From Camelus ferus (taxonomy: Eukaryota), in contig NC_045697.1 in assembly GCF_009834535.1 (NCBI RefSeq), forward strand, positions 68,388,001 to 68,452,000: 64,000 bases of DNA. The letters are read 5' to 3'. Below are positions 50,841 to 63,911 of the stretch, in pieces. The notes under the pieces were generated by a model. It ran no database searches and was not told the DNA's origin. It saw only the letters and a list, made by a program, of their open reading frames with translations. The position numbers and the translations under genes were made by a program. The number at the start of each line of letters is the position of its first letter. Within the stretch, counting starts at the first letter, position 1.

Positions 50841-51889
50841 GCTATTTTAGATGATTTCAGTGTAACTAAGAGTCTAGTCAGTATTTCTGATCCTTTTCAT
50901 TCTGTGCTCAGCACTATTATAGTACCCCAGCTTGAAGTTCCTTATCTTCTACCTTCAGACCATGCTAGTCAGGATCCATCTTCATATCTACTGTTATCTG
51001 TGCTTTTCACCTTTCCCTCACATCATGTATTATGCAGAATCTATGTCAGGCTTGCCATTTGACTACTGGGCAATTAATACTGCTTATGATTAAGAACGAA
51101 GGACTGAAATGCCCATTAGAGCCTATATTCCCTGGTGTGTATGGTCACATGCTGAAGATGATAAGGCATCATAAAAAGAACTGGAAAGATCAAGATCTGC
51201 TTGGGGAAAAGAGTCATGGTCGCAGTGCCAGGATGATTCATACTGCCTCGACTAATGATATTCCTTCCACATGCCTAAAAAAATGATTCAGTGATTATGG
51301 TGATAAGTTGAGAGAGGACCAAACAATAGGAATAGATAATAAAAAAATATTTTGAGGAACTAGGTTTCTTGTAACATGTTTAAATGTTGGTACACCACTG
51401 AGACAGGTCTAAAATAGGGTTTTTCCAGTATTCTGAGTGACTCATTGGTTTGATGATGAAAATAAAATCAATTTAATTAGGTTACTAGCACCATCTTTTA
51501 AGATAACATAATGCCACATTGGGTTATGATGAATAAAGAGGAAGTACCTCCTGGATATAGGAGGATGTCATATACATAATGCAGCTACATTACCTTTCCT
51601 AAGCTTCAGTCCTTTCTATAGATATACTCCGTGTAATCATCCAGATTTTACTCAAAAACTCCTCAAACAATCCATTTTTATCTTTCCTTAGTTTTGACTT
51701 TTAGAATTGTTTTCTCACTCTTAAATCAAAATAAGTATCCTAATCTTAAGGCTATAAAAATTGTTTCTCCATTGGAAATGTCATTAGATTGCTTTCATGA
51801 CAGCTACTCAGATATTCTCCCTGAATCTTTCTTTGTTCAGGATAACCATGTGCAACCCTTTTAAGTATTTTCTGTAAGCCTAATTTTGA

Positions 51890-53400
51890 GTTCATTCAGT
51901 TATTCATTCATCAAATATTTGTTGAGTATCTATTATATACCTGATATGTTTCAGAAACTTCAATACAGAGGTAAATAAGAGAAGCTTCTGTTCTCATAAT
52001 GTTTGTATTCTAGTTAAGGTTGATTAAAAAAATAAGCATATAAAGGTACAAGCATACAAACACAAGGTAATTTTAGACTGTACTGAATTACTGTACAAAA
52101 TATCAAGGATAGTATTGACACAGAAATTACTGATGGAGTGAGATTAGGTGTTTGTATGTGAGGGAGATATAATTTTGGATAAAGAATCCTCTTTAGAAAA
52201 GTGGAACATGACATGAGCCTTAAATATTTTATAAATGGAGTAAATCTACAGTAGCATGTTTCATGAAATGATAAAAGAATGAAACCGGGTCAGACCAAAA
52301 ATGAATTGATCGTAAATTTTAAGGGGTTTTATGTATGTGCAGTGGAAGCCACTGGAGAGTCTCAGGCAGGAGTAATATTTAATTTTACCCATTATTTTAA
52401 AAAGAAAAGTTACCATGAAGATAATAGACCATGGTGGAGCACAAATATGAAAACAAGAAGAGCATCTGGGGGCAGCTGAAGTGGGTTAGGAAAGAGATGG
52501 TAAAATCATGGATTACAGCAGTAATAGTCTAGATGGTGAGAAATAGATACATTCAAGATATATTTGGAAATAGAGCCGACAGGACTTGCTGATACACTGC
52601 AGGTGAGGGGAGAGACAAAGAAAGGAATAAGAATAATTTCTGGAATTTGGATCTAACCCGATGAAGGTGGCAATGACTGTGGCATTTACTGAGATGCAGA
52701 GAAAAGGGACATTCAGAAATGGGGTGTGGAAGAAGGAATCAAAAATTCTCTATAGAAAATGCTAAATTTGAGGAACATTGTATATCTAAGTGGAGATACC
52801 TAGTAGGCAAGTGGATAATGAGAGATAACATGGGATTGAAATGTTAAATTTGAAGTCAGGAACATGTCAGATACTCATGAAGTCATAAGATTGGCTTAGA
52901 TCATCAAGAAGACAATGTGTAGACTGGGAAGAAATGAGACCATTTAAAAAAAAAAAAAAAGTCCTGGGGCTTCCAAAATTTAGAGGACATCCACAGGAAG
53001 AGAAACAAGCCAAGAAGACAGACTGAGCAGCAGATGAGACAGGAGGAACCATGATTGTATTATGAAAGCCAAGGGAAGAGAGTATAAAGCAGGATATCAA
53101 CTTTGCTGAATATTTCTGACAAGCCAAATAAAATGAGAACAAAGTGTTGAATATAGGATTTGGCAAAATGAAGGTCACTGGTGTTCATAAGAAGAATCTT
53201 CTCTATGAAGGAATGGGAGGAATGCCAGATACCAGTGAGCAGAACAGAGAACAGAAGTGATGTATTGTTGAGATTACATATCTTTTTCAGGAACTATCAC
53301 TTTCATGAAGTTTTACTGTAAAGGAGGACAGAAAAATATAAAGCAGCATGGCTAGAACATAGGATCAAGGAAGCTTTCATTTGTTTTTAATGGAGATTTT
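51890..53400 (-). mobile_element. L2, ~1.5 kb
   Basis: TTCATTCATCAAATATTTGTTGAG terminus, GGAAGCCACTGGAG, GACAGGACTTGCTGAT, CATTTACTGAGATG, GGATTTGGCAAAATGAAGGTCACTGGTG. Confidence 0.85.
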
Positions 53401-54525
53401 CAAATATAAAATGGTCATTAGAAAGGGAAAAACATGATGATATAGGAAAAAGGGAAACATAATTGTTGGAATAAAGTTCCTGAAAGACAAGTGTTACAAA
53501 GAGTTTAGGAACCCATTGAGGACTTAATCTTAGGAGCAGTGAGAAATTTCTCATTATAACATTCATTTTTCTCGTCATCATTATCAATATTTGACATTTT
53601 CTTACTATCAAAAATATCAGTATTTATTTCATTTTTTTACTAATTACATAAGTATTAAGCTAATTACATAGCTGATTACATATATACATATACATACCAA
53701 ATTTTAAATATAATAATAGATTTGTAAGGCATTATCTAGTTTTAAGATGATCTCATATATGTTACCTAGTTAAATATGTTTATAAAAGCACTTTAAGTTC
53801 TTAAGTCTACACAATAGAAAAGTATTCATTTCAGACTGATTTTAATATGCATAAACTGTGATTTAAATAATCTCAGAGAAACAGAGTTTAGAATTATCAT
53901 TGTTATTTGGTGGTTATTACTGTTTTTCCAAAATCAAGACAATTCAAAGAAATGTTGTGGAGATACCCTTTTTCTTTGAAGAATACACAGGAAGGTAATA
54001 ATTGATGGGCATGGTTTATTGATTAGGCATATGATGGCCAATTAATGCATTCTTTTTCTATTTGGGGCCAACTTTTTTACTTGATTTATTATTATTCAGC
54101 CACAAGGATTTTTTTTTCTTTTTTGCTCAGTTGCTTCTGATAGTTGACAATGTTCAAAGGTGAAAAGCTGGAATTTACATTTATCAGTGCACACTGGTCA
54201 TGTCATTGCCTAACATAGAGTATGTGACTTATATAAGCATGTATGATGAAAAGAACAGAGAACAAACACATGCATGTATGTGAGCTCTTCCAGGCCTTAG
54301 CACTAAGGGTAAATAATGCTTTTGACCTCATTTTATATTTGCCATGGGGATGTGTCACAGGAATAATAAGGAAACACAACAAAGAAAACATTTTTGAAAC
54401 AGATTAGTTCTAGAAGACCTCTTCCCACAGGTTATTCTTCTCTCATACTGAATCTCTGAGGTTAACAAGTAGGGCCTCCCAATTAGAAACTCCAGCTTTA
54501 TCAGATGACTTATAGAAAAAGTATG

Positions 54526-54590
54526 AGAGAGCGAGAGAAGGAGGAGGGGAGGGGAGGGGAGGGACGCAAGAGGAGGAGGAGGAGGGAAAG
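54526..54590 (+). repeat. GA-rich polypurine tract with a G-quadruplex motif
   Basis: GGGGAGGGGAGGGGAGGG at 54546-54563. Confidence 0.85.
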
Positions 54591-54748
54591 ATGAGCACAG
54601 AGAAATAAGAAAACAATACCAGGAAAAGGCCAAAACTATTTTTATGCACTTAAGATAGATAATCCCAAGTTTCATAAAGAGAAAATCAGACAAAACAGTG
54701 GGCATCAAAGACACAGCCTTATGCTAGTGATTCACAAGAAGAATGGGA

Positions 54749-54822
54749 CTCTCTGTCTCTCTCTTTCTCTTTCTCTGTCTCTCTCTCTCTCTGTCTCTCT
54801 CTCTCTCTTTATATATATATAT
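54749..54822. repeat. (CT)n-(TA)n microsatellite
   Basis: Read directly. Confidence 0.9.
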
Positions 54823-55091
54823 GCTGTACCTACGTAAATCTTAGGACAGCACATGACAAATCAAAACAAATATACAACAAGAAAAACCTTATTTCTCTTT
54901 CCTACAAAATGTCTGAGGGTTTGCAAAATGTCTGGCTGGTTTGAAGGTTCCACATTCATCAGAGACTTCATAGTTAAATATGAGTGCATTTATAGTATGT
55001 TCCTAGAGTCAACTCATGTGTTTGTTTCATTGTTCATATAAGAAATTTTATATTGAGATTTAAATATTCTCCAGTTACTAGTACATGACAT

Positions 55092-55466
55092 CTGTTAGAA
55101 TTAGTTGACCATGACAGAAACTATAATTAATCTTTTCTATCTTTCACTCTGCCATTCTCAACATGCAGTTTCCACCAGATAGTCAGAATGACTACTTCAA
55201 TTCCAGCTAATTGACAGGATGCCATCAAGTAGAATCTGATCTGACAAAGAAAGTTGCAACATCTCCTCTTAAGCACTCTGACTGGGAGTTAATGCAACAA
55301 TTTTACATATATTCTAGTGGCTAGAATATAGTTCTATGGTAACAATTTGTGAGTTTGGGCAGCTGGAAAGTACAGCTTTCATTCCAGATTTCTATGTACT
55401 CAAATGACGCTCTAGAGGAAGGAGGAGAGTGTGGATACTGGGGGACAACCAGCAGTTTCTGCAACA
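55092..55466 (-). mobile_element. Old MLT1 LTR (degraded)
   Basis: CTCTGCCATTCTCAACATG, TTCTAGTGGCTAGAATATAGTT, end CAGTTTCTGCAACA. Confidence 0.55.
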
Positions 55467-55929
55467 AAATCATTTATGTGTTTGATGAATATATGAACAT
55501 ATATAAAAATACATAGTTAGCTAGTTATTGCTAAGGAATAGAGGGAACATCAATATAGGCAGACAATTAACAGTTGCTGCTATGAAGTCATATGTGATAT
55601 GTGTGTGTATATACTTGTATTTCTGTATATAATTATGTGTGTGTGTGTATATGTATAATTAGTGACCCCTTACTAATGTTTCTAGTGCTGTTCTAAGCTT
55701 TACTTTATTTAATCCTAAAACTTATGCATGTTTCAGATAAGAAAACTAAGGCTTTAAAAAACTAAGAACTTCAGAATCTTGCAGTTTGACTTGATTGACT
55801 TGAAAATTTAGGCTCTTTATTAGGATGGATGGATGGATGAAATTTGAGTAGACTGATTGCTGATGATGAGTGATAGATGGATGCATGGATAGATAGGTAT
55901 ATTAGTAGTGAAACTATACACAAACATTT

Positions 55930-56389
55930 TTTCATTTCCTAGGGCCACTGCAACAAAGTATCACAGACCAGATGACTTTAAAAAAAAACCCAGAAATTTA
56001 TTCTCTCACAGTTCTGAAGGCTAGAAGTCCAAAATCAAGGTGTCACAAAGGCAAAGTCCATTCCTTCTGGAGGGCTCTGAGGAAGATTTTATTCCATGCC
56101 TCTTTCCTAGCTTCTGGTAGTTCCTGGCAGTGCTTGGAATTCCTTGGCTTCTAAATGCATCACTCTAATCTCTACCTCCGTGGAGTTCTTCCCAGTATTT
56201 CTGTCTACTGTGTCCAAATATCCCTCTTCTTATAAGGACACTAGTCATTGGATTAGTCACTCTAATCCAATGTGATCTCATCTTAACTAATTATATCTGC
56301 AAAGACTGTATTTCCAAATAAGGCCATATTCACAAGTACTGAGAGTTGGGGCATCAGTGTATCTTTTTGTTAGACACAACCCTGTAACA
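55930..56389 (-). mobile_element. MLT1B/C-like LTR
   Basis: CAGAAATTTATTCTCTCACAGTTCTG..CTAGAAGTCCAAAATCAAGGTGTC, TCTTATAAGGACACTAGTCATTGGATT, TATTTCCAAATAAGG. Confidence 0.9.
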
Positions 56390-57129
56390 GAAATCTATTT
56401 TGATATGCTGAGGTTGATTTTCAACAAAAAATAACACTACTTATTCATAGTGATATTTTGATCTTAATTAAGCGAGATTCTTTCCTAAAATTCCAAAGGA
56501 GGAATATTGTCAGGATTTGTCTAACAAGAAAATTTTGAACTCAAATGAATTATTAAACATCCGTATTTCCTCTATTGTTGGGCCTAGAAAAGAGCTACTT
56601 AATCTTTTTTTATAATGCAAAATCACATAAAAAAAAAAAAGAAAAGTTTAACATTTGGATAATTAAGAAATAAAAATATCCCTTTCTATCTAGACCTATT
56701 TGTAACCATTTAATGTCACTAATTTTGTTCCATTTAGTATAAATTAAAATATACCTATACCTATATCTTGAGAAATACTGAATGAGAAATAGATAACTAA
56801 TAAATTATTAGTTCCAAATCAAAAGCCAGATAGTAGTTGTAGGAGTATTGAATATGTCCACTATATCAAGAAAAGATTAACTTGAAAAAATACTGGAACA
56901 AAGAGAAAAATTATTTTTTAGTAATGATTTTATATCTCTGTCTTTAAAGCTCAATTCATAGGCCAAATTGAAGCAAGTCCCAGTATTTATCAAAACCCTG
57001 AGATATAGACCCTGGTGTAACTTAAGCTAAAATAATCTTTTGGAAATCATATGATATATGGTTGTTTGGATGGAAAAAGAAACATTACAGGATGTACTGT
57101 TGAAATTCATTGTGAAGGGTAAGGAGATA

Positions 57130-57440
57130 ATGGGATAACTTTTGAAAAAAAATTTAAGCAAGATTCATCTGTTGGTTGTATGTAGGATGGAGCAGATGGA
57201 GGAGACTGAAGTTAGAACACCTACAAAGTTCTTTGATTCATCCCAGTATGAGGTGATGAAACTGTTGATTAGGGGGCTGTCAATGAAAATAAAGTGAAAA
57301 GAACCTGAGTAAGTGGTATCTCAAAGGGATAATTGATAGAATTTGGTGACTAACTGGGTCTTAAAAAGGGTAGGGATGAGTCATATTTCATCCAAAATTT
57401 GGAGGCTGAATGACTAGCTTGAATGAAGATACAGAGGTAA
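57130..57440 (-). mobile_element. L2 fragment
   Basis: GATGGAGGAGACTGAAG, TGAGGTGATGA, GAATTTGGTGACTAACTGG. Confidence 0.55.
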
Positions 57441-57670
57441 GAGGTTTTTTTTTTTTAAATAAATATAGTTAAACAAAATGTCACAAGCTAAGAAGAAAAA
57501 TAATTTACAATATATCAACTTTCTCTGTATTAGATCTTGGAAAAAGATAGGAGAATGTCAACTCAATCTGCTTTTCTTCTCTTCAGGTGTCTAAACAAAG
57601 CCAATAACCTTCTATTATGCTCCTTCTATTACTGTCATCAATTTTTCTCTGACCTATTTCATCCCCCCAG

Positions 57671-57768
57671 TGGAATTTTGGGGAAAATGTGAAGCATTAA
57701 TTGCTCCTAATAGTATTTGTATAACAGATGCCACTGTACTTTCAAATCACATTTTCCCCAAAATTCCA
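57671..57768. repeat. Perfect 22-bp inverted repeat with a 54-bp spacer
   Basis: TGGAATTTTGGGGAAAATGTGA (57671-57692) / TCACATTTTCCCCAAAATTCCA (57747-57768). Confidence 0.97.
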
Positions 57769-59171
57769 AGTCAATATTATAAACTGTCTAAAAGATCAAT
57801 GAAGAAAAACATGCCAAAGAAAGCATATTAATGGACAGGGATATGGTATATCAAAGAAAGTATACACAAAATCTGTTTTGTCCCCTGGAGCTCAGTCACC
57901 AATGGAGACTATGAATTTTAAATTTTATTTCTGTTCATGCTTTTATAATTCTCTTATTTAGGTAAATTGACTTTAAAGGGTTCCAATAATTATGCTTTAA
58001 TAATACTAAAGCAAAAGGCACACTTTTAAGAAGTTACAGATCTTAAACAGTAGCTTTTAAATTTATTCTTTTACTAAGACATATTTGCAAGTCACATGTG
58101 ACAATAACTAGGGGAATTTGGGTTAGTAAATTTAATTTTGCAGAAAAATTGCATTTCAAACCAGATATATTAAAGTTGGTGCTTATTTTAGGAGTATCTG
58201 AACAACTGATAGAAAATGTAAATTGTTTAAAGTAGATATTTTTTGGATTTTTCATACTTTGTTCATGGTTTCAAGGAGCTTATGCAGCTCCTTGAAATTA
58301 TTTTTAAAAGCTTAGGTCATCTTGTTATGCTCTAGTAAATGGTATGAGTAGCTTTTCTAGTTTTACTAAAATACTGAAAAATGAAAATAAGCAATGATAT
58401 TTTCTACGAAAGTATTACCAGATCTCTTAAGGAAATAGGTCTAGTATTTTAATCGAGACTTACTTAGTTTTAGAGATTAGGAGATGGATAAGGGATCAAC
58501 TACTTGATAGCGTTTGAGATACATTAAAGAGATTAAATAATTTTATTTACTATCCTGTGGAAGTAGTCAGATTTCATTGTGTGAGGCAAAGTTTTGGATT
58601 AAAAGGCCTTCACAATGTACACAATGGATCACCACTCTTAAGGATTCGTAATAGCTCAGCTTTGTTCATATTTTAAAGTAAACATTAAATGGAATTCATT
58701 TATTTTCAATTATAAAGCAGTAAGACAATTTTGTAGGGCTTTCCTGGGTAGTGGTTTCTTATCTTTATTTGAAACATGTGTGGTACACTAGCCAATTTAT
58801 ATACTGCTACATTTTAACAGCAATACCGTAACAAAATGGACTGTGAAGAATTTGGTACTGATTATTCTTGACTGACAACACATCAAATGAAGAATACTGT
58901 ATAAGTCAATAAAGAACTGCTCGAAGCAAAAATCAAGGAATGTTAATAACTGATTATCTGGCCTTGATCCATGAATGTTTGAAAAACAACTTGTCTTTTA
59001 CTAATAGCATTAACATGGTATATCAAACAGTTACTCATCTGATACTATTTCATGGAGAATGATAAAGCAATGAGCATATGCAAATGCGTTTTTTTCATGA
59101 AAAATTATTTCCATATCCCTATATATCCGTATTATCCAAAATCTATGTGAGAATCATAGGGTATAAAAAAC

Positions 59172-59218
59172 TGTGTGTGTGTGTATATATGTGTATGTAT
59201 GTATGTATGTATCTATCT
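59172..59218. repeat. (TG)n/(TATG)n microsatellite
   Basis: Read directly. Confidence 0.85.
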
Positions 59219-60793
59219 AGAAAGCTGCCCTGAAAGTTTAAGACCTTACTTGAAGAATGGCTTTGAGCACATTTTGAATTCCTAATGATAAAGAACAGAT
59301 GGGATTGATTGCTAACTCAGTGTGAAACAGGAGGAAAATGCCTGCAGATATTCAAGCCTGGTATGGAACAGCTATTCCAGCCCCAGTAGCCAGAGTTTAT
59401 CAGGGTGAAAGAACCAGGCTGATGAACACAAGGCAAAGTTTGTGCGGAAGAAGTGAAATCAGCCTAGTAATTGCTTGATTACTGAAAGGAAACTATCACT
59501 TCTGGAGGGGGATGTTTTAATGAACTAAAAAGTAGAGACATACTGGTCTCAGTAGGCTTCAATTAAAAAGTTGCAAGATTTGTTTTCCTGGCACTAGGAG
59601 ATGCCCAGTAGTAATCTGTGTTATGGGAGGCCTTTCATACACAGAGTCAACTCCTTTTTTTTTTTTTTTTTTAATTTTAGATCCCCTAAGTCTCCTAAGA
59701 AAAAAATATGCCAGTGAAATGTCAGGTCAGAATCATATATCTACATAATCCACAGTGGAAAAAATTATTTAAATACCTAGGAATATAGCAAATAGGCTGC
59801 TTGGAAATTACTCTGTTCTACTTAATATCTGCAGAAGATTAAAAAAAATTATAATCGTGAAATAACAAAGGATAGAAAGATCTTGTCACCTGAGGATGGA
59901 CTGAAGAATAGACTCTTGATTCATTTTGATGTAACATTTTTGTAACACTTCAAGTGCTTAGAAATGCATCGTGTGTAAAAGCCATTATTCAGTTAATGAG
60001 ATGCTAAACCACAATTTGTGTTGAAATTGTCCAGTGTTGCTTTTCATTAAAGAGATAATGACTCAGAAGATACTTTGGATGTTGCTACAAGCTGCTGTTT
60101 TCATTCCATTTTTATTTGGCAAATTGGGTCACATCGTATTACAGGAAGATAACCTGACCTATAATATACCCATGTTACCTGATTTTGTAACACAGAAATG
60201 ATGAAACGTGAGAGTCCCTTTGCACCTGGCATGCAATCTCAGCATAATGCCATGCTGAAGCAAGTCAGCAGAACTTTATGCAATAACCTAAATTTTGCTT
60301 TAAGACACTTTTGTGTATATTAAACTGTACTCTTGGAACGCAAAACATCTGCAAGAGCTCAGTTTGCTATAGTAGACAATATCACAAAGTCTGATGGAGT
60401 AGAGAGAGCTCTTATATTGCTCTTGGATTAGTTGGCATTGCAAACTAGATGAGGGTGAATGCTCCATAGAACTCATTAGCTAGGGAGAAGAAAACACCTG
60501 GCAGTCACTGACATGCTAATATGGTGACTCCCAAAGTAATAGACTTTCTTTGGAAGCATATATAACTAAGCTTCAGGGCAATTTTCTAAGTTGCCAAGCC
60601 CCTTGGTACAAAATCTAAATCTCTGAATCTTTTTCTCAAAACAAAGTGTGAGACTATCATGGAGAAAACGCAATTCATAAGTATTTTACTATGATCATAA
60701 TTCTCAGCGCAGATGAAGGTATGCTGAAATCAGTCAACTTTGCTGGTAATGAAAACTGCCTCTCAGAAATAAGTTGAGTAATATGTCTCTAGG

Positions 60794-61001
60794 CAGAGGT
60801 TGGCTTCTTTTTCTGTAAAGAACCAGATAGTAAATATTTTCAGCTTTATGGGCTGAACTTTACTCAACTCTACCCTTGAAATGCGACAGAGGCCATAGGT
60901 AATATCTAAACGAATGAGAACAGCTGTGTTACAATAAAACTTCCTTTACAAAAATAGGCAATGGGCCACACGACCCAAAGGCTGGAGTTTGTTGACCCCT
61001 T
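60794..61001. mobile_element. MER58A-like hAT-Charlie MITE
   Basis: CAGAGGTTGGC ... GTTGACCCCT termini, TTTTCTGTAAAGAACCAGATAGTAAATATTTT. TCTCTA occurs on both flanks (partial TSD). Confidence 0.85.
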
Positions 61002-61024
61002 CTCTAAAGCCATGTAAAATCCAT

Positions 61025-61400
61025 GCCTTGATCCACTAACCCTATTTCTGTGTATGTACCCTAAGGAAGATGTTTATAAGAATATTTTTAAAAAATGTAT
61101 TTCCACCATAATGCTCATTGCAATTTTATCCATAATGGGCACAATTCTAATTGTCTAATGGCCAATGACAAAGAAATCATCAAGCATCTCAAGTAGAGGT
61201 AACATTATGCATCTGCCCAAACATAATTTTGAAGACTATATGTTAATATCTAAATATCTATATTTTAAATAAGTGAGAGTAAGTGAAAAATTCAGACTAC
61301 ATAATTTATACACATAAAGGACAGAAATTAAACATGAACACGTATAATCAAAACATTTAAAAAATTCAGAGTGTAAATGGAAGTTAAATTATCCAAAATT
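61025..61400 (+). mobile_element. Ancient L1ME-like 3' fragment
   Basis: TTGATCCACTAACCCTATTTCTG..TACCCTAAGGAA, ATGCTCATTGCAATTTTAT. Confidence 0.5.
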
Positions 61401-61444
61401 CATACATACAAGACAGAGGGAAATCATTGGGATATATCTGTACA

Positions 61445-61800
61445 TTAATTCAGCAGTCTCTTATTGAGCATTTCCTATGTGAAAGCGTTGTGCTAGGCAT
61501 TGGAGTAACAGAAATAAATGATAGTGCTCCCCTGAAAGAGGCTTACTCACAAACAGTGGAGTTATGACACATGCTCCAGTGGCTAATGAAGGAGATTCTA
61601 AGGTAGCTATAACAGCATGAAGGGCAGGAGAAGACCTTGCCTGAGAGGAGGTTAGTAATTTAGTATGGCTGCAGCTGTTAGGTGAGGAATGAGGGGAGAT
61701 GAGACCAAGAGACCAGGTCAGGGAGAACTTGGTATGAGATGCTAAGGAGTTTAGACTTCATCCAGAAGGCAGTGTGGATGAGGAGACTGGGCTGCCTTGG
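61445..61800 (-). mobile_element. L2 3' fragment
   Basis: TTATTGAGCATTTCCTATGTG..TGTGCTAGGCATTGGAG, GCTAAGGAGTTTAGACTTCATCC. Confidence 0.7.
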
Positions 61801-61934
61801 AGAGACTTAAATTTGAAGTCAAATAATAAAAATAAGAACCTGTTTTCGTATTGATATAAAGGATCTACTAAGTAAAGCAAGGACAACATGTAGGAAACAA
61901 TTACAGGAAATAGCATAGAAATGTGTCATTAGAG

Positions 61935-62160
61935 TATCAGTTGAATCCCGGATCCTTCTCTTACCAGTCGTGTGGCCTACAACAAATGTGTTAGCCCTTC
62001 TAAGTCTCCTTCTCATCATTTGTAAAACTGACATAGTAGTAACACCTTTCTTGACATGGCATTATAAAAATTATGAAAATATTGTTTATAAAACCATTAG
62101 CAGGGTGCATGTCTTGAAGAATAAACATATAATTGGAAGCTGTTAGAATAATATACGTTA
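61935..62160 (+). mobile_element. MIR fragment
   Basis: GTTGAATCCCGG, TTCTCATCATTTGTAAAA, ATTAGCAGGGTGCATG. Confidence 0.55.
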
Positions 62161-63414
62161 GCAGTGTTAGAAGCTTGAATAAAATCAAAACCTATGAGAA
62201 TAATGAAAAAAGAAAATATAGACATATTAAGGAAGCCCCTGGACAGGAGAAGGAAAAAGAGGTGTCAAAATTAAACCTTCTGGGGGATTATGTCAATAAC
62301 CTAGTTTGGACTTATATGGAAAGGAACCAATTTTGGAGTTAGACAAGAATTTGGCTTACCTTGGAAAATTGTTAAAATATTTTAGGTATAAAAATATTGG
62401 AGTCTAACTGAATACTGATGTGAAAATATGAAAAACATGACTTCATTGTAGTATGCAAAGTGTGTAAGACATAATGCTACGCTGGGCTGGGCTTATAGGT
62501 GTGGGAAAACATGAAGTGAAGAAGAAAGAAAAGAAAATATGTTTAAATATATGATTAAAGGACGATAGTAAAGATCTACCCTTCTGTTGTTTGTATATGT
62601 ACTTTGAACAGAATTTTCTAATCATCCACTAGTATGTGAAATCCATTTTGGCGCGAAAGATACGGCTATAGCTGAATTTTTTAAAAACTCATTTCTAAGG
62701 AATTCAAAGCCAGTGAAAAATCAAGGAAATAAATTTCTAATAACAGACCCAATTTGATCCTAGTTTGCTTGAATCAAATACTCTTACTGGTAATGCTAAT
62801 TTCCTCCCAACTTTTAATTCTGTTCTCTTTAGCAGATGTCTCCTGAACAGAGATGGTGTGTGGGCACAGCTACAGCCCCTTCCTTCCGCTTAGTTCTTCC
62901 TTCCATGTAATCTGGAATGCTGTCAGTGTTCTTCGCCATTGTGCTTTTTTTTTCATTCAATGTATAATTTCTCCATAAATAACTTGCTAATTTCGTGTTC
63001 TTGTCTATGATGTGGTAGCATGTCAAAGAGGCTTTTTAATCTGTAAACAAATTATGTCTATTGCTTTACCCCTGTCAAGAACTCATTGACTCTCTTGCAT
63101 GATGAAAGTTAATTGGTTTGTTAAGCCTGACACTCGTCTTTCTTTTTATCAGTCCATGTTAAATTCTTCCCATACCATTCTGTACTTGCTTAAGTGTTCT
63201 CATGTTGTTTTTCATAATCACTTAATCCAATATATTTCCTCTCACTAGAATTACAATTCTCCTTTTAGGGGCTTAATGTCTATTGAGCTTCTGTCCATAA
63301 GAAGAAAATATCTGGCTGAATTTTGCTCAATTTGATATTTATATTGTACTTTAGCAAATGAATTTGCCCATGTTCTGATTTTGTTAAATTAACATTGGTT
63401 AGTGGAGCATAGGT

Positions 63415-63911
63415 TGTCAGATAGTGAATCACAGTTTAACAACAGACCAAAGGAGAAACTGAAATAGAGATTTATTACTCACAGGCCCTGGGGGAAGCAT
63501 GGCATGCCTCAAGAGGCTACATGGGGATGTCAAGGCAGAGTGCAGACACAGCCACAGGATCTGGGGAACATGCCTCTATTAGGATCCACGGACAGAGTGC
63601 TTTGGGATTCTAAGACTAGGACCAGATCGGTGAATTCAAACCAAAAGAGTACAGCCTTGGTAAGTCACATGGGGGTCTTACCTAAGCACAAGGGGAAGGC
63701 CCTGGGAGGTGGTAAGACTCGTAGTCACAAGGGTGATTAGAGGAGTCATATCAGGAACTTAACGTTTGCTTGTGACTCTTCGAGCTGTTATCTAGGGCAT
63801 ACGTTGGCGTGATGGGCTAGTGTCAGTTTAAGATCCTTGCAGGTCATTTGGCCAAACAAAGTGGATGTCAGGGTAGCAATACAGTGGAGTAGCTTACCTA
63901 AAGTCTCAACA
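63415..63911 (-). mobile_element. Solo LTR, probably ERVL class (family not assigned)
   Basis: TG..CA-bounded ~500-bp GC-richer block. TTTATTACTCACAG gives a minus-strand AATAAA near the left end. No TSD seen. Confidence 0.6.

Noticed and set aside
54355..54714. 119-aa Pro/Ser/Leu-rich ORF
   Set aside because: Produced by the low-complexity GA tract; no recognisable domain or exon structure.
55430..55600. Apparent duplication of an MLT1 end (55440-55480 vs 55555-55600)
   Set aside because: Similarity too low to distinguish from two independent old fragments or chance.
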